Shown: in pieces, positions 9,700-20,763 of the stretch
Position numbering within the stretch: position 1 is the stretch's first letter
Layout: each line of letters begins with the position of its first letter
Assembly: GCF_004010195.1 (NCBI RefSeq)
Contig: NC_057754.1
Location: 5,569,107-5,602,549, forward strand
DNA from: Chiloscyllium plagiosum
Lineage: Eukaryota
Length of the DNA stretch: 33,443 bases
Reading direction: 5' to 3'
Program-made: the position numbers and the translations under genes
The notes under the pieces: generated by a model
Database searches by the model: none
Seen by the model: only the letters and a program-made list of their open reading frames with translations
Told to the model about the DNA's origin: nothing

Positions 9700-10325
9700 T
9701 GGGAAATCTGGGGGATGGGGAAATCAGGGAGGGAGGTCAGGGGAGGGGGAGGTCGGGGGTCGGGGGGGGGGGAGATCTGGGGGAGNNNNNNNNNNNNNNN
9801 NNNNNNNNNNNNNNNNNNNNNNNNNNNNNNNNNNNNNNNNNNNNNNNNNNNNNNNNNNNNNNNNNNNNNNNNNNNNNNNNNNNNNNNNNNNNNNNNNNNN
9901 NNNNNNNNNNNNNNNNNNNNNNNNNNNNNNNNNNNNNNNNNNNNNNNNNNNNNNNNNNNNNNNNNNNNNNNNNNNNNNNNNNNNNNNNNNNNNNNNNNNN
10001 NNNNNNNNNNNNNNNNNNNNNNNNNNNNNNNNNNNNNNNNNNNNNNNNNNNNNNNNNNNNNNNNNNNNNNNNNNNNNNNNNNNNNNNNNNNNNNNNNNNN
10101 NNNNNNNNNNNNNNNNNNNNNNNNNNNNNNNNNNNNNNNNNNNNNNNNNNNNNNNNNNNNNNNNNNNNNNNNNNNNNNNNNNNNNNNNNNNNNNNNNNNN
10201 NNNNNNNNNNNNNNNNNNNNNNNNNNNNNNNNNNNNNNNNNNNNNNNNNNNNNNNGGGGGAGATCAGGGGGGTATCGGGGGAGGGGAGGATCGGGGAGGG
10301 GAGGATCGGGGGGAGGGGTAGCGGG
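9700..10325. repeat. G-rich low-complexity repeat (GGGGAGATC-like) spanning a gap
   Basis: G-runs separated by AGATC/AGGATC on both sides of gap 9786-10255. Confidence 0.7.
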
Positions 10326-10380
10326 CGGTGGTCAGAATGGCACTTGCTCCGCGGTCTCAGCAAGCCCAGTGTCCATTCAC

Positions 10381-11112
10381 CTTGTGGACCCCTCCTCCGC
10401 GGGCCTTCCCCTCGACAGCCCAGGGTGATGCCTCCGCCTCTTCCTCCTCCTCATCCCCGTCCCCGTGCTGGGGGCTGCGCCCAGACTCGGTGCAGTGTGT
10501 GTAGGCTCCGGGCCCGGTGCTGGTCTCCAGGCTAGAGGCCGGGCCTGCGGCGAGGGGCCGAGCGTCCTCGGTGTCTCCGTTCCCCGGCGGCCCCCGCGGC
10601 CGGGCATTGAAGAAATCGAGCCTCGCCGGGCTGAGCAACTGAACGGTGATTTCATCCAGGAACCGGGAGAAGTCGGCTCTCCGCTGCTGCCGGCCCCCTC
10701 TCAGGCTCCCCTGGGCCTGGGCCTGGGCCTGGGCCTGGGCCTGGGACTGGGCTGCCCCTGAGCTGCAGGCTCCTGGCTCCCTTCCCCAGGCTTTGAGCCC
10801 TAGAGCAGGGCCCTCCACGGACCTGGCCCTCCTCAGGGAGGAGGGGCCCTGGGCTCGCTGTCCCTCCCCCCGGGAGGGGACCCGTCTGCCCCCAGGCGGG
10901 GAGGAGGAACAGGCCCTCACATCCCCGCAAGACCTCGAGAATGGGCTCCCATTGACCCCAGAGCCTGCCCCCTCGTCCCCCGAGGACCAGGAGCTGGAGG
11001 AGGAGAGGGGCCTGCGGCTTCTCCCCTGGGCCACCTCCTCCCTTTCTCTCCCCAGTCTCCGGGGGCTGAAGAACTTCTCCATCACCTTCAGCTTCCCGGC
11101 TGGCACCTCCAT
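10381..11112 (-). CDS. BEGAIN/TJAP1-family gene, first coding exon (732 nt, 244 aa): MEVPAGKLKVMEKFFSPRRLG...ADFSRFLDEITVQLLSPARLDFF...GGGVHK
   Basis: ATG in GGGATGG context with an in-frame TAA four codons upstream; GC-rich open frame; donor AAG|gtgaat in phase 0, compatible with the 29-nt exon. The link to the family rests on splicing phase, not on similarity of this exon. Confidence 0.75.
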
Positions 11113-12382
11113 CCCCAAGGGTTACTGACCCTTACCCTCCTCTCCCACTCCCCCTCTCACACCCTCCTNNNNNNNNNNNNNNNNNNNNNNNNNNNNNNNN
11201 NNNNNNNNNNNNNNNNNNNNNNNNNNNNNNNNNNNNNNNNNNNNNNNNNNNNNNNNNNNNNNNNNNNNNNNNNNNNNNNNNNNNNNNNNNNNNNNNNNNN
11301 NNNNNNNNNNNNNNNNNNNNNNNNNNNNNNNNNNNNNNNNNNNNNNNNNNNNNNNNNNNNNNNNNNNNNNNNNNNNNNNNNNNNNNNNNNNNNNNNNNNN
11401 NNNNNNNNNNNNNNNNNNNNNNNNNNNNNNNNNNNNNNNNNNNNNNNNNNNNNNNNNNNNNNNNNNNNNNNNNNNNNNNNNNNNNNNNNNNNNNNNNNNN
11501 NNNNNNNNNNNNNNNNNNNNNNNNNNNNNNNNNNNNNNNNNNNNNNNNNNNNNNNNNNNNNNNNNNNNNNNNNNNNNNNNNNNNNNNNNNNNNNNNNNNN
11601 NNNNNNNNNNNNNCCCACCTCTCCACTCCCTCGGGTCAGACCGTCTCCCTTGTCAGAAATGGAAGATCCTCTGAACACAGACTGTCTGACACAGCCCACA
11701 CTGTACTCCCTCAAATGCCTCCGAATATGACCCTTTCCCCCTCTCTCTGTCTCTCTCTTGCTCTCCACAAGCTGGCAGTTAATTGGCGATCACTCCAAAT
11801 GGACCGCACTTAGCACAGACAGCACACATTCAAAACGCCGCAGAATGTAACCGTCTCCCCCCAACCCCGGCTCCACGAGTTTGGCAGGCTGTTGTGGCTC
11901 ACTCAAAGTCCAAATGGGTCTCTCTCAATGCTTTCTCAAATACCACATAATATAGTCCTTTCCCCTCTCTCTATATCTTCCCACCAGCAACTGCCAATCA
12001 TTCGAGGTTAGAATGGATCTCACCCAGCTCCTCAGACGACACAGGACATAACCCTTTCCCCCCTTCTCTTTCTCTGCATCTGTCTGTCTCTATCTGTCTG
12101 TCTATCTCTCCCTCTCTCTTCCACCCAGCAGGCAGTTGTCGATTGTCAGACTGGGAATGGGATTGGGCCACAGAACTGCTGCCAATACCAATCGCCCACA
12201 ATTCGGGAGCTCAGTCGAGCGTGGGAGTGTCACCGTGTCCAGATAAACTCAGGTCCAGGAGAGGGCAGGGAGGCTTTAACCACCACGGCTGTGTGTTCCT
12301 GCAGGGAGGCTGGGAATCCTGCTTACTCAGCTCCTGATTTCCCCCAATTGTTTACAAGAGGCACGAGGCAGGAGGGTGAGGG

Positions 12383-12825
12383 AACACTCCCCACTTGCCC
12401 CTGGATGGGGGCAGCTCCAACAACACTCGAGAAGCTCGACACCATCCAGGGACAAAGCAGCCCCCGCTCGATTGGCCCCACACCCCCTCCCTCCACCCCC
12501 CGACGCTCAGTAGCAGCAGTGTGTACCCTCTACAAGACGCACTGCAGCAACTCCCCGAGGCTCCTCAGACAGCACCTTCCAAACCCACCACCATCTTAGA
12601 AGGACAAGAGGCAGCAAATACACGGGAACACCATCCCCCTGCAAATTCCCACCGCTCCCCATCCCGACTTGGGAATATATTGGCCGTTCCTCCAGTGTCG
12701 CTGGGTCAGAATCCTGGAATTCCCACTTCCTACGCCGCACGGACTGTCCCGCCATCCTCTCGAGGGACAACAGAGGACGTGCAATAAATGCTGACCCAGC
12801 CAATGATGCCCGTGCCCCGTGAGGG
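12383..12825 (+). mobile_element. Non-LTR retrotransposon (CR1-group) 3' fragment
   Basis: WMGAAPTTLEKLDTIQ..RRSVAAVCTLYK.HCSNSP remnant; tail GCAATAAATGCTG shared with the minus-strand SINE at 31850-32140. Confidence 0.7.
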
Positions 12826-13114
12826 AGCAATAAAGAAAGGGGCAGAGCGTGGGTCAGCCCTCCATTTCCTGGTGTGACTGACCTTCACTACTTCAACCAG
12901 AAACCCTGGCAGGCACTGCCATTTTGATAAAGGGCAACTGGTTTTGAGCCGACCCCTACCACTTGGTGGGATCGTTCCAGGAGGCCATTCAGCTGATCGC
13001 AGATCTCTGAACAATCAGCTCACCACCCAGCGCTGTTCTCCTGCCCTTTCCCCACGCTCCCTGCCAGATCGATGTCCGGTTCATTTTGCAAAGCCTTGAT
13101 TGCGCCCGCCTCTT

Positions 13115-13704
13115 GGCACCGTGGTCAGCGCTGCTGTCTCACGGCGCCTGGGACCCGGGTTCGATCCCACCCTCAGGCAACCCCAATGTGCGGGATTTGC
13201 CCATGTTGGCATGTTACCTCCCGCAGTCCAAAGATGTGCAGGTTAGGGTGAATTGGCCGTGCTAAATTGTCCCATAGTGCCCAGGGATGTGCAGGTTAGG
13301 GTGGATTGGCTGTGCTAAATTGTCCCCGTAGTGCCCAGGGGGGGTAAACATAGGGTGGATTGGCCGTGCTAAATTGTCTCGTAGTGCCCAGCGATGTCCA
13401 GGTTAGGGTGGATTGGCCGTGCTAAATTGTCCCCGTAGTGCCCAGGGATGTGCAGGTTAGGGTGGATTGGCCGTGCTAAATTGTCCCATAGTGCCCAGGG
13501 ATGGGCAGGTTAGGGTGGATTGGCCGTGCTAAATTGTCCCATAATGTCTAGGGATGTGCAGGTTAGGGTGGATTGGTCATCGGAAATGCAGGGTTACGGG
13601 GATAGATTTGGAGCTCAGTCTGGGTGGGATGCTGTTCGGTGGTTCGGTGTGGATCTGATGGGCTGAATGGCCTGCTTCCACACTGTAAGGTTTCTGTTAT
13701 TCTA
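13115..13704 (+). mobile_element. HE1 SINE with about 6.5 internal 53-bp units
   Basis: B box GGTTCGATCCC, units from about 13233 to 13580, HE1 tail GGCCTGCTTCCACACTGTAAGG. Confidence 0.9.
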
Positions 13705-14086
13705 GTTGTCTGTGGGTGATGGGAGATTGAAGTGCATCAATTCGAATATGCTTTGACCACCTCAGGCGATGTGAAATAGAGGACAAGGTATTGATTACAG
13801 TTCTCTCACTAAGAGCCGAACTGACATTATGTTAAAAAGGTCCATTGAAGTGCGCAAATTGAATTGACTGCAGGGAGTCAGAGCTCCTCTGGGCTGTAAT
13901 GACTGATATTGTTCTTGTACGAACACGTCTCCAGTGACCTTCACTCATTTGAGCACAGGAAACTGCCAGGAACAGCAGGGCGAAGTTCTCACTCGAACCT
14001 GTGTGGGTACTGACACACTCATAGAGTGTAGATCAGAGTGGTGCTGGAAAAGCACAGCAGGTCAGGCAGCATCCGAGGAGCAGGAA

Positions 14087-14122
14087 AATTGACGTTTCGG
14101 GCAGAAGCCCTTCATCAGGAAT
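14087..14122 (-). ncRNA. Minimal type I hammerhead ribozyme motif
   Basis: Minus strand reads AUUC-CUGAUGA-A-GGGC-UUCU-GCCC-GAAA-C-GUC-AAUU: conserved cores, a 4-bp helix II and a GUC triplet. Confidence 0.7.
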
Positions 14123-14346
14123 AGAGACAGGGTGCCTGAAGAGTGCGGAGATAAATGAGAGGGGGGTGGGGGTGGGGAGAAAGTGGTATAGAGTACAATA
14201 GGTGAATGGGTGTGGGGATGGAGGTGATAGGTCAGAGAGGAGGGTGGAGTGAATAGGTGGAAAGGAAGACAGGCATATACACATAGAGCTGAAAAATGTG
14301 TTGTTGGAAAAGCGCAGCAGGCCAGGCAGCATCCAAGGAGCAGGAG

Positions 14347-14381
14347 AATTGACGTTTCGGGCATGAGCCCTTCTTCAGGAC
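14347..14381 (-). ncRNA. Minimal type I hammerhead ribozyme motif
   Basis: Minus strand CUGAAGA-A-GGGC-UCAU-GCCC-GAAA-C-GUC. The mirror copy on plus (14386-14420) has two CpG-type transitions. Confidence 0.65.
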
Positions 14382-14524
14382 TCAGTCCTGAAGAAGGGCT
14401 CATGCCTGAAATGTCGATTCTCCTGCTCCTTGGATGCTGCCTGACCTGCTGTGCTTTTCCAGCAACACATTTTCAGCACTGATCTCCAGCATCTGCAGTC
14501 CTCACTTTCTCCTCGAAAATACTC

Positions 14525-15077
14525 ATAGAGTCCTACAGCACGGAAACAGACCCTTTGGCCCAACCAGTCCATGCAGACCCATAATCCCAAACTAAACTAG
14601 ACCCACCTGCCTGCTCCTGGCCCATATCCCTCCAAACCCTTTCCTATTCATGTCCTTATCCAAATGTCTTTTAAACGTAGTAACTGTACCCACATCCACC
14701 ACTTCCTCTGGAAGGTCATTCCACACAAGAACCGCCCTCTGTGTAAGACGAAAATTGCCCCCAATGTCTTTTTTAAATTATTCTCCTCTCACCTTAAAAA
14801 TGTGTCCCCAGTCTTGCAATCCCCCACACTCTATGGAAAGGATACCTGCCCTTCACCTTATCCATGTCCCTCATGATTTTATAAACCTCTATCAAGTCAC
14901 CTCTCAACCTCCTACACTCCAGTGAATGAAGTCCCAGCCTCTCCTTATAACTCAATCCCTCCAATCCCGGCAAAATCCTGGTAAATCACTTCCGAACCCT
15001 CTCCAGCTTCATAATATCCTCCCCATAATGGGAGACCACAACTGGACACACTACTCCAGAAGAGGCCTCACCAATGC
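14525..15077 (-). mobile_element. HER1/CR1 LINE 3' fragment
   Basis: Same tail and coding remnant as 7897-8692. Confidence 0.88.
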
Positions 15078-15140
15078 TGAGGGAGAAAGGTTGAGTTGGA
15101 ACCCAAGGAAACTTCTGGTTTTTCCTCAAACAATCCCACA

Positions 15141-15281
15141 GGGTGGCACTGTGACTCAGAGGTTAGCGCAGCTGCCTCACAGCGCCAGGGACCCGGGTTT
15201 GATTCCACCCTCGGGCCACTGTCTGTGTGGGGTTTGCACGTTCTCTCCCTGTCTGCGTGGGTTTCCTCCCACAGTCCAAAG
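15141..15281 (+). mobile_element. HE1 SINE head leading into the large array
   Basis: GGGTGGCACTGTGACTCAGAGGTTAGC..GGGACCCGGGTTTGATTCC, followed by the V domain. Confidence 0.88.
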
Positions 15282-17033
15282 GTGTGCAGGTTAGGGTGGA
15301 TTGGCCATGCTAAATTGTCCCATAGTGTCCAGGGATGTACTGGTTAGGGTGGATTGGCCGTGCTAAATTGTCCCCTAGTGCCCAGGGATGTGCAGGTTCG
15401 GGTGGATTGGCCGTGCTAAATTGTCCCATAGTGCCCAGGGATGTGCAGGTTAGGGTGGATTGGCCGTGCTAAATTGTCCCATAGTGTCCAGGGATGTGCA
15501 GGTTAGGGTGGATTGGCCGTGCTAAATTGTCCCATAGTGCCCAGGGATGTGCAGGTTAGGGTGGATTGGCCGTGCTAAATTGTCCCATAGTGCCCAGGGA
15601 TGTGCAGGTTAGGGTGGATTGGCCGTGCTAAATTGTCCCATAGTGCCCAGGGATGTGCAGGTTAGGGTGGATTGGCCGTGCTAAATTGTCCCATAGTGCC
15701 CAGGGATGTGCAGGTTAGGGTGGATTGGCCGTGCTAAATTGTCCCATAGTGCCCAGGGATGTGCAGGTTAGGGTGGATTGGCCGTGCTAAATTGTCCCAT
15801 AGTGCCCAGGGATGTGCAGGTTAGGGTGGATTGGCCGTGCTAAATTGTCCCATAGTGCCCAGGGATGTGCAGGTTAGGGTGGATTGGCCGTGCTAAATTG
15901 TCCCATAGTGCCCAGGGATGTGCAGGTTAGGGTGGATTGGCCGTGCTAAATTGTCCCATAGTGCCCAGGGATGTGCAGGTTAGGGTGGATTGGCCGTGCT
16001 AAATTGTCCCATAGTGCCCAGGGATGTGCAGGTTAGGGTGGATTGGCCGTGCTAAATTGTCCCATAGTGCCCAGGGATGTGCAGGTTAGGGTGGATTGGC
16101 CGTGCTAAATTGTCCCATAGTGCCCAGGGATGTGCAGGTTAGGGTGGATTGGCCGTGCTAAATTGTCCCATAGTGCCCAGGGATGTGCAGGTTAGGGTGG
16201 ATTGGCCGTGCTAAATTGTCCCATAGTGCCCAGGGATGTGCAGGTTAGGGTGGATTGGCCGTGCTAAATTGTCCCATAGTGCCCAGGGATGTGCAGGTTA
16301 GGGTGGATTGGCCGTGCTAAATTGTCCCATAGTGCCCAGGGATGTGCAGGTTAGGGTGGATTGGCCGTGCTAAATTGTCCCATAGTGCCCAGGGATGTGC
16401 AGGTTAGGGTGGATTGGCCGTGCTAAATTGTCCCATAGTGCCCAGGGATGTGCAGGTTAGGGTGGATTGGCCGTGCTAAATTGTCCCATAGTGCCCAGGG
16501 ATGTGCAGGTTAGGGTGGATTGGCCGTGCTAAATTGTCCCATAGTGCCCAGGGATGTGCAGGTTAGGGTGGATTGGCCGTGCTAAATTGTCCCATAGTGC
16601 CCAGGGATGTGCAGGTTAGGGTGGATTGGCCGTGCTAAATTGTCCCATAGTGCCCAGGGATGTGCAGGTTAGGGTGGATTGGCCGTGCTAAATTGTCCCA
16701 TAGTGCCCAGGGATGTGCAGGTTAGGGTGGATTGGCCGTGCTAAATTGTCCCATAGTGCCCAGGGATGTGCAGGTTAGGGTGGATTGGCCGTGCTAAATT
16801 GTCCCATAGTGCCCAGGGATGTGCAGGTTAGGGTGGATTGGCCGTGCTAAATTGTCCCATAGTGCCCAGGGATGTGCAGGTTAGGGTGGATTGGCCGTGC
16901 TAAATTGTCCCATAGTGCCCAGGGATGTGCAGGTTAGGGTGGATTGGCCGTGCTAAATTGTCCCATAGTGCCCAGGGATGTGCAGGTTAGGGTGGATTGG
17001 CCGTGCTAAATTGTCCCATAGTGCCCAGGGATG
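15282..17033 (+). repeat. 53-bp SINE-derived minisatellite, at least 33 units
   Basis: Unit GGGATGTGCAGGTTAGGGTGGATTGGCCGTGCTAAATTGTCCCATAGTGCCCA (53 nt); variants seen only in the first four or so units; ends at a gap. Confidence 0.97.
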
Positions 17034-17891
17034 NNNNNNNNNNNNNNNNNNNNNNNNNNNNNNNNNNNNNNNNNNNNNNNNNNNNNNNNNNNNNNNNNNN
17101 NNNNNNNNNNNNNNNNNNNNNNNNNNNNNNNNNNNNNNNNNNNNNNNNNNNNNNNNNNNNNNNNNNNNNNNNNNNNNNNNNNNNNNNNNNNNNNNNNNNN
17201 NNNNNNNNNNNNNNNNNNNNNNNNNNNNNNNNNNNNNNNNNNNNNNNNNNNNNNNNNNNNNNNNNNNNNNNNNNNNNNNNNNNNNNNNNNNNNNNNNNNN
17301 NNNNNNNNNNNNNNNNNNNNNNNNNNNNNNNNNNNNNNNNNNNNNNNNNNNNNNNNNNNNNNNNNNNNNNNNNNNNNNNNNNNNNNNNNNNNNNNNNNNN
17401 NNNNNNNNNNNNNNNNNNNNNNNNNNNNNNNNNNNNNNNNNNNNNNNNNNNNNNNNNNNNNNNNNNNNNNNNNNNNNNNNNNNNNNNNNNNNNNNNNNNN
17501 NNNNNNNNNNNNNNNNNNNNNNNNNNNNNNNNNNNNNNNNNNNNNNNNNNNNNNNNNNNNNNNNNNNNNNNNNNNNNNNNNNNNNNNNNNNNNNNNNNNN
17601 NNNNNNNNNNNNNNNNNNNNNNNNNNNNNNNNNNNNNNNNNNNNNNNNNNNNNNNNNNNNNNNNNNNNNNNNNNNNNNNNNNNNNNNNNNNNNNNNNNNN
17701 NNNNNNNNNNNNNNNNNNNNNNNNNNNNNNNNNNNNNNNNNNNNNNNNNNNNNNNNNNNNNNNNNNNNNNNNNNNNNNNNNNNNNNNNNNNNNNNNNNNN
17801 NNNNNNNNNNNNNNNNNNNNNNNNNNNNNNNNNNNNNNNNNNNNNNNNNNNNNNNNNNNNNNNNNNNNNNNNNNNNNNNNNNNNNNNNNNN

Positions 17892-18432
17892 GCAGAGGGA
17901 GTCTGGAGAGGAATGCAGTGGTGTTTGTCGAGGTTCGTCCCGAGCAGCGCCATGACGTGGGACTCCGTGCTCTACGGTCTGTTCCCCGGGGCGCACACCG
18001 AGACGAACATCAACTGTGCCTGGAGGATCATCAACTCGGTGAAGGACGCTCTCTGGGTGGTCCGAAACTTGCTGATCTTCCAGCTGAAGGAGTTGACCCC
18101 GACTGAGTGTTGCAGACTGGCACATTCCAAGGTCCAGGACTACGTGTTGAGGGACGCGCTGAAGCTTGGGGCAGCTGCCGCCAAGGCGCGGTGGGGAAAG
18201 ACCACTGTGTAAAGTCTGCCTGCCTAACGAAGAACAGGGGGCCCGCGCAGTCATTTGGGCTCTGCTGACGCCTCAGCTAATTATATGGGCATATGATCAA
18301 AAAAATGTACAGACCTGTGAAAAAATGATAAATTCTGATCTCTGTATGTAAATGTTTACATACGTATGGCATGACCAATTGTACAGACCATCAAATTATT
18401 TATGAATAAAGTATATTTTTGGGAAAAAAAAA
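17892..18432 (+). mobile_element. Tx1/L1-clade LINE 3' end: ORF2 C-terminus, 3' UTR and poly(A)
   Basis: Open frame VWRGMQWCLSRF..VLYGLFPG..AWRIINSVKDALWVVRNLLIFQ..RWGKTTV with stop at 18210-18212. The W..RN..IF motif is typical of L1/Tx1 ORF2 ends. AATAAA at 18405-18410, A9 at 18424-18432. Confidence 0.82.
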
Positions 18433-18670
18433 CTCTATGATCTTTCACACCAACCTTTGTTCTCTGGAATGGACGATGACGGACAGCCCAAGCAGATCTC
18501 CTGTGGGGAGCCGTCTCAGGGCAGGGGTGAATACCATAACCAATACAATGGCACCTGAAGGAAAACCTCACTTGGGGAAAGAAATCTCTGCACACAAGTG
18601 ATCCATTTGAAGAGAAGCACTGAAACTTGGTTCAACGTGCTTGAAGGTCTATGCAGTCTGATGTGCTGAT

Positions 18671-18750
18671 AATGTGTTGCTGGAAAAGCGCAGCCGGTCA
18701 GGCAGCATCCAAGGAGCAGGAGAATCGACGTTTCGGGCATGAGCCCTTGA
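18671..18750 (-). mobile_element. Penelope-like arm, truncated in the hammerhead core
   Basis: AATGTGTTGCTGGAAAAGCGCAGC..GAATCGACGTTTCGGGCATGAGCCCTT. Confidence 0.7.
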
Positions 18751-18821
18751 CCAGAGGAATACAAAACGTGCATAGTTACATAAATACCCACCTCCTCAAG
18801 CATTTAATTCCACTTTTTCAC

Positions 18822-19357
18822 TCGGATGTCATCTTGCGTCTATACAGGACAATGGTTAGGCCATGTTTGGAACACTGTGTTCAATTCTGGTCTCCCTGTT
18901 TTAGAAAAGACGTTGTGAAACTTGAACGGGTTCAGTAAAGGATGTTGGAGGGCTTGAGATATAGGGAGAGGCTGAATAGGCCGGGGTTTTTTCCCTGCAA
19001 GTGTTGAAGGGGTGACCTTATAGAGGTTTACAAAATCATGAAGGAGGCATGGATAGGGTGAGCAGCCAAGGTATTTTCTCTGGGGTGGGGGAGTCCAGAA
19101 CTAGAGGACATCGGTTGAAGATAGGGGAAAGATTTAAAAGGGGCAACTTTTTCACACAGTGGTGTGCGTGTAAATGGAATGAGCTGCCAGAGGAAGTGGT
19201 GGAGGCTGGTACAATGACAACATTTAAAAATCATTTGGATGTGTACTCAAAAAGGAAGGGTTGGGAGGGATAGGGGCTAAGTGCTGGCAAATGGGACCAG
19301 ATTAATTTCGGAGATCTGATCAGCGTGAATGAGTTGGACCGAAGGATCTGTTTCCAT
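18822..19357 (+). mobile_element. HER1/CR1 LINE 3' fragment
   Basis: LYRTMVRPCLEHCVQFWSPCFRKDVVKLERVQ plus 3' tail. Confidence 0.9.
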
Positions 19358-20131
19358 ACATCTTCTGCACTGCAAATCATTGTTATACTGTGTGGATAGA
19401 AACATACATTCTATACTATGCTTTCTGACAACAACATCTTTTTAATGCAGTGCCCTTAATTTTGGAATGACTGAGAGTTTAACGTCGAGTTAATCAACCA
19501 AGGAACAAACAAAACCCGAAATTCTCCAGAAGGGTCGCCAGACTTGAAAGATTAGCTGTTTTCTCTCTATGGACGCTGCGTTCGGCCTGTTGAGTTTCTC
19601 CAGAAATGTCTGTTTCTGTGCATTTCAGATCGAGAGCACCTGCAGATCTTGCGTTTTAATTTAATCCCAGTCTAGGATCGAGCCAAGGGCGAAACAGCTG
19701 TTGTGTTTGACGGTGCAATACAATTCAAATTAATCCGTCATGTGTGAAATGGGATGTGGTTGGGTTTTTTAACCAGGTGATAATGAGGCACCTAGAGAGA
19801 GGTTACTGTTGAGTTCAGCAGCAATACACACTCAGATGCAAAACATGCTCTGATTTTTGCACCTCATGCCCAGGAGCATTTAGATTATGCTGTGAAAACA
19901 GCTGCCCACATTTATTTATTCTTTCCCAGTAGGACTCCCGATACAAATAAGGCACCTTCTCTCCCTCTCTTCGCGAACATCAGGATGTGCTCCAAGCAAT
20001 GAATTACAGTGGGAGGGCCCTTGTAACAGGAGCAAATGTGACAGCCTATAGATAACCCTCACTCTTCAAAGAATCTTGAGATTGGCCATTTGTAGTTTTG
20101 GACACATCCCCTGGAAAAATAGGCAGATGCT

Positions 20132-20698
20132 GGGGTGACATGGTGGCTCAGTGGTTAGCACTGCTGCCCCACAATCCCATGGACCAGGTGACTGTCAGTG
20201 TGGTTTGCACATCCCCCCTGCCATGGGGTTTCACCATATGCAGGCTCGGCTGGATTGGTCACACTTGGATTGCCCACAATGTCTCAGGGTGTGTAATCTA
20301 GGTGGGTAAGCCATGGGAAATACAGGGCTAACGGGTAGGAGTGTGTAGTACAGGTGGGTTAGCCATGGGAAATAAAGGGATACGGTAGGGGAATGGGTCT
20401 GGGTGGGACACTCTTCAGAGGGTCCAGCGTGGATTCAATGGGCCGAATGGCCTGTTAGGAGAAAGTGAGGACTGCAGATGCTGGAGATCAGAGCTGAAAA
20501 TGTGTTGCTGGAAAAGCGCAGCAGGTCAGGCAGCATCCAGGGAACAGGAGAATCGACGTTTCGGGCATTCCTGAAGAAGGGCTTATGCCCGAAACCTCGA
20601 TTCTCCTGTTCCCTGGATGCTGCCTGACCTGCTGCGCTTTTCCAGCAACACGTTTTCAGCTCCGAATGGCCTGTTACCACATTGTAAGGATTCTATGA
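20132..20698 (+). mobile_element. Diverged HE1 SINE interrupted by a palindromic insertion
   Basis: Head GGTGGCTCAGTGGTTAGCACTGCTGCC; the tail is split at GGCCGAATGGCCTGTTA and resumes as CCACATTGTAAGGATTCTATGA. Confidence 0.8.
20458..20661. mobile_element. Palindromic Penelope-like insertion with 15-bp target-site duplication
   Basis: CCGAATGGCCTGTTA at 20443-20457 and 20662-20676; inverted arms; plus-strand core CTGAAGAAGGGCTTATGCCCGAAACCTC starting at 20571. Confidence 0.85.
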
Positions 20699-20763
20699 AT
20701 AAAAGTTGGAGTTCCTAATCGGTACATCCGCTAACAGAAGTATGTTTGAAATGACCATGTAAT

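Larger units (their letters stand above)
14028..14520. mobile_element. Composite Penelope-like insertion: arm with internal purine-rich segment, plus a full palindrome
   Basis: Arm 14033-14122, purine-rich segment to about 14270, palindrome 14286-14513 centred on 14383; flanked by ACTCATAGAGT at 14017-14027 and 14521-14531. Confidence 0.8.

Noticed and set aside
10357..10380. Treating the 253-aa ORF as a single-exon gene, or invoking a frameshift to reach exon 3
   Set aside because: The donor at 10380 and the 29-nt exon at 8781-8809 give a clean in-frame splice path.
10465..11128. Plus-strand ORFs with WAWAWA and GLGLGL repeats
   Set aside because: Antisense shadows of the GC-rich minus-strand exon and its hexamer repeat.
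14286..14513. Palindromes as pre-miRNA genes or classical MITEs
   Set aside because: They are multi-copy, have asymmetric arms and variable-length duplications, and carry hammerhead cores, which fits retro-insertion better.
15282..17033. CRISPR array or interstitial telomere
   Set aside because: There are no unique spacers, the context is eukaryotic, and TTAGGG occurs once per 53 nt rather than in tandem.
2294..17955. Long ORFs made mostly of X
   Set aside because: Artefacts of translating N gaps; only the part after 17892 is real coding-like sequence, and it belongs to a LINE.
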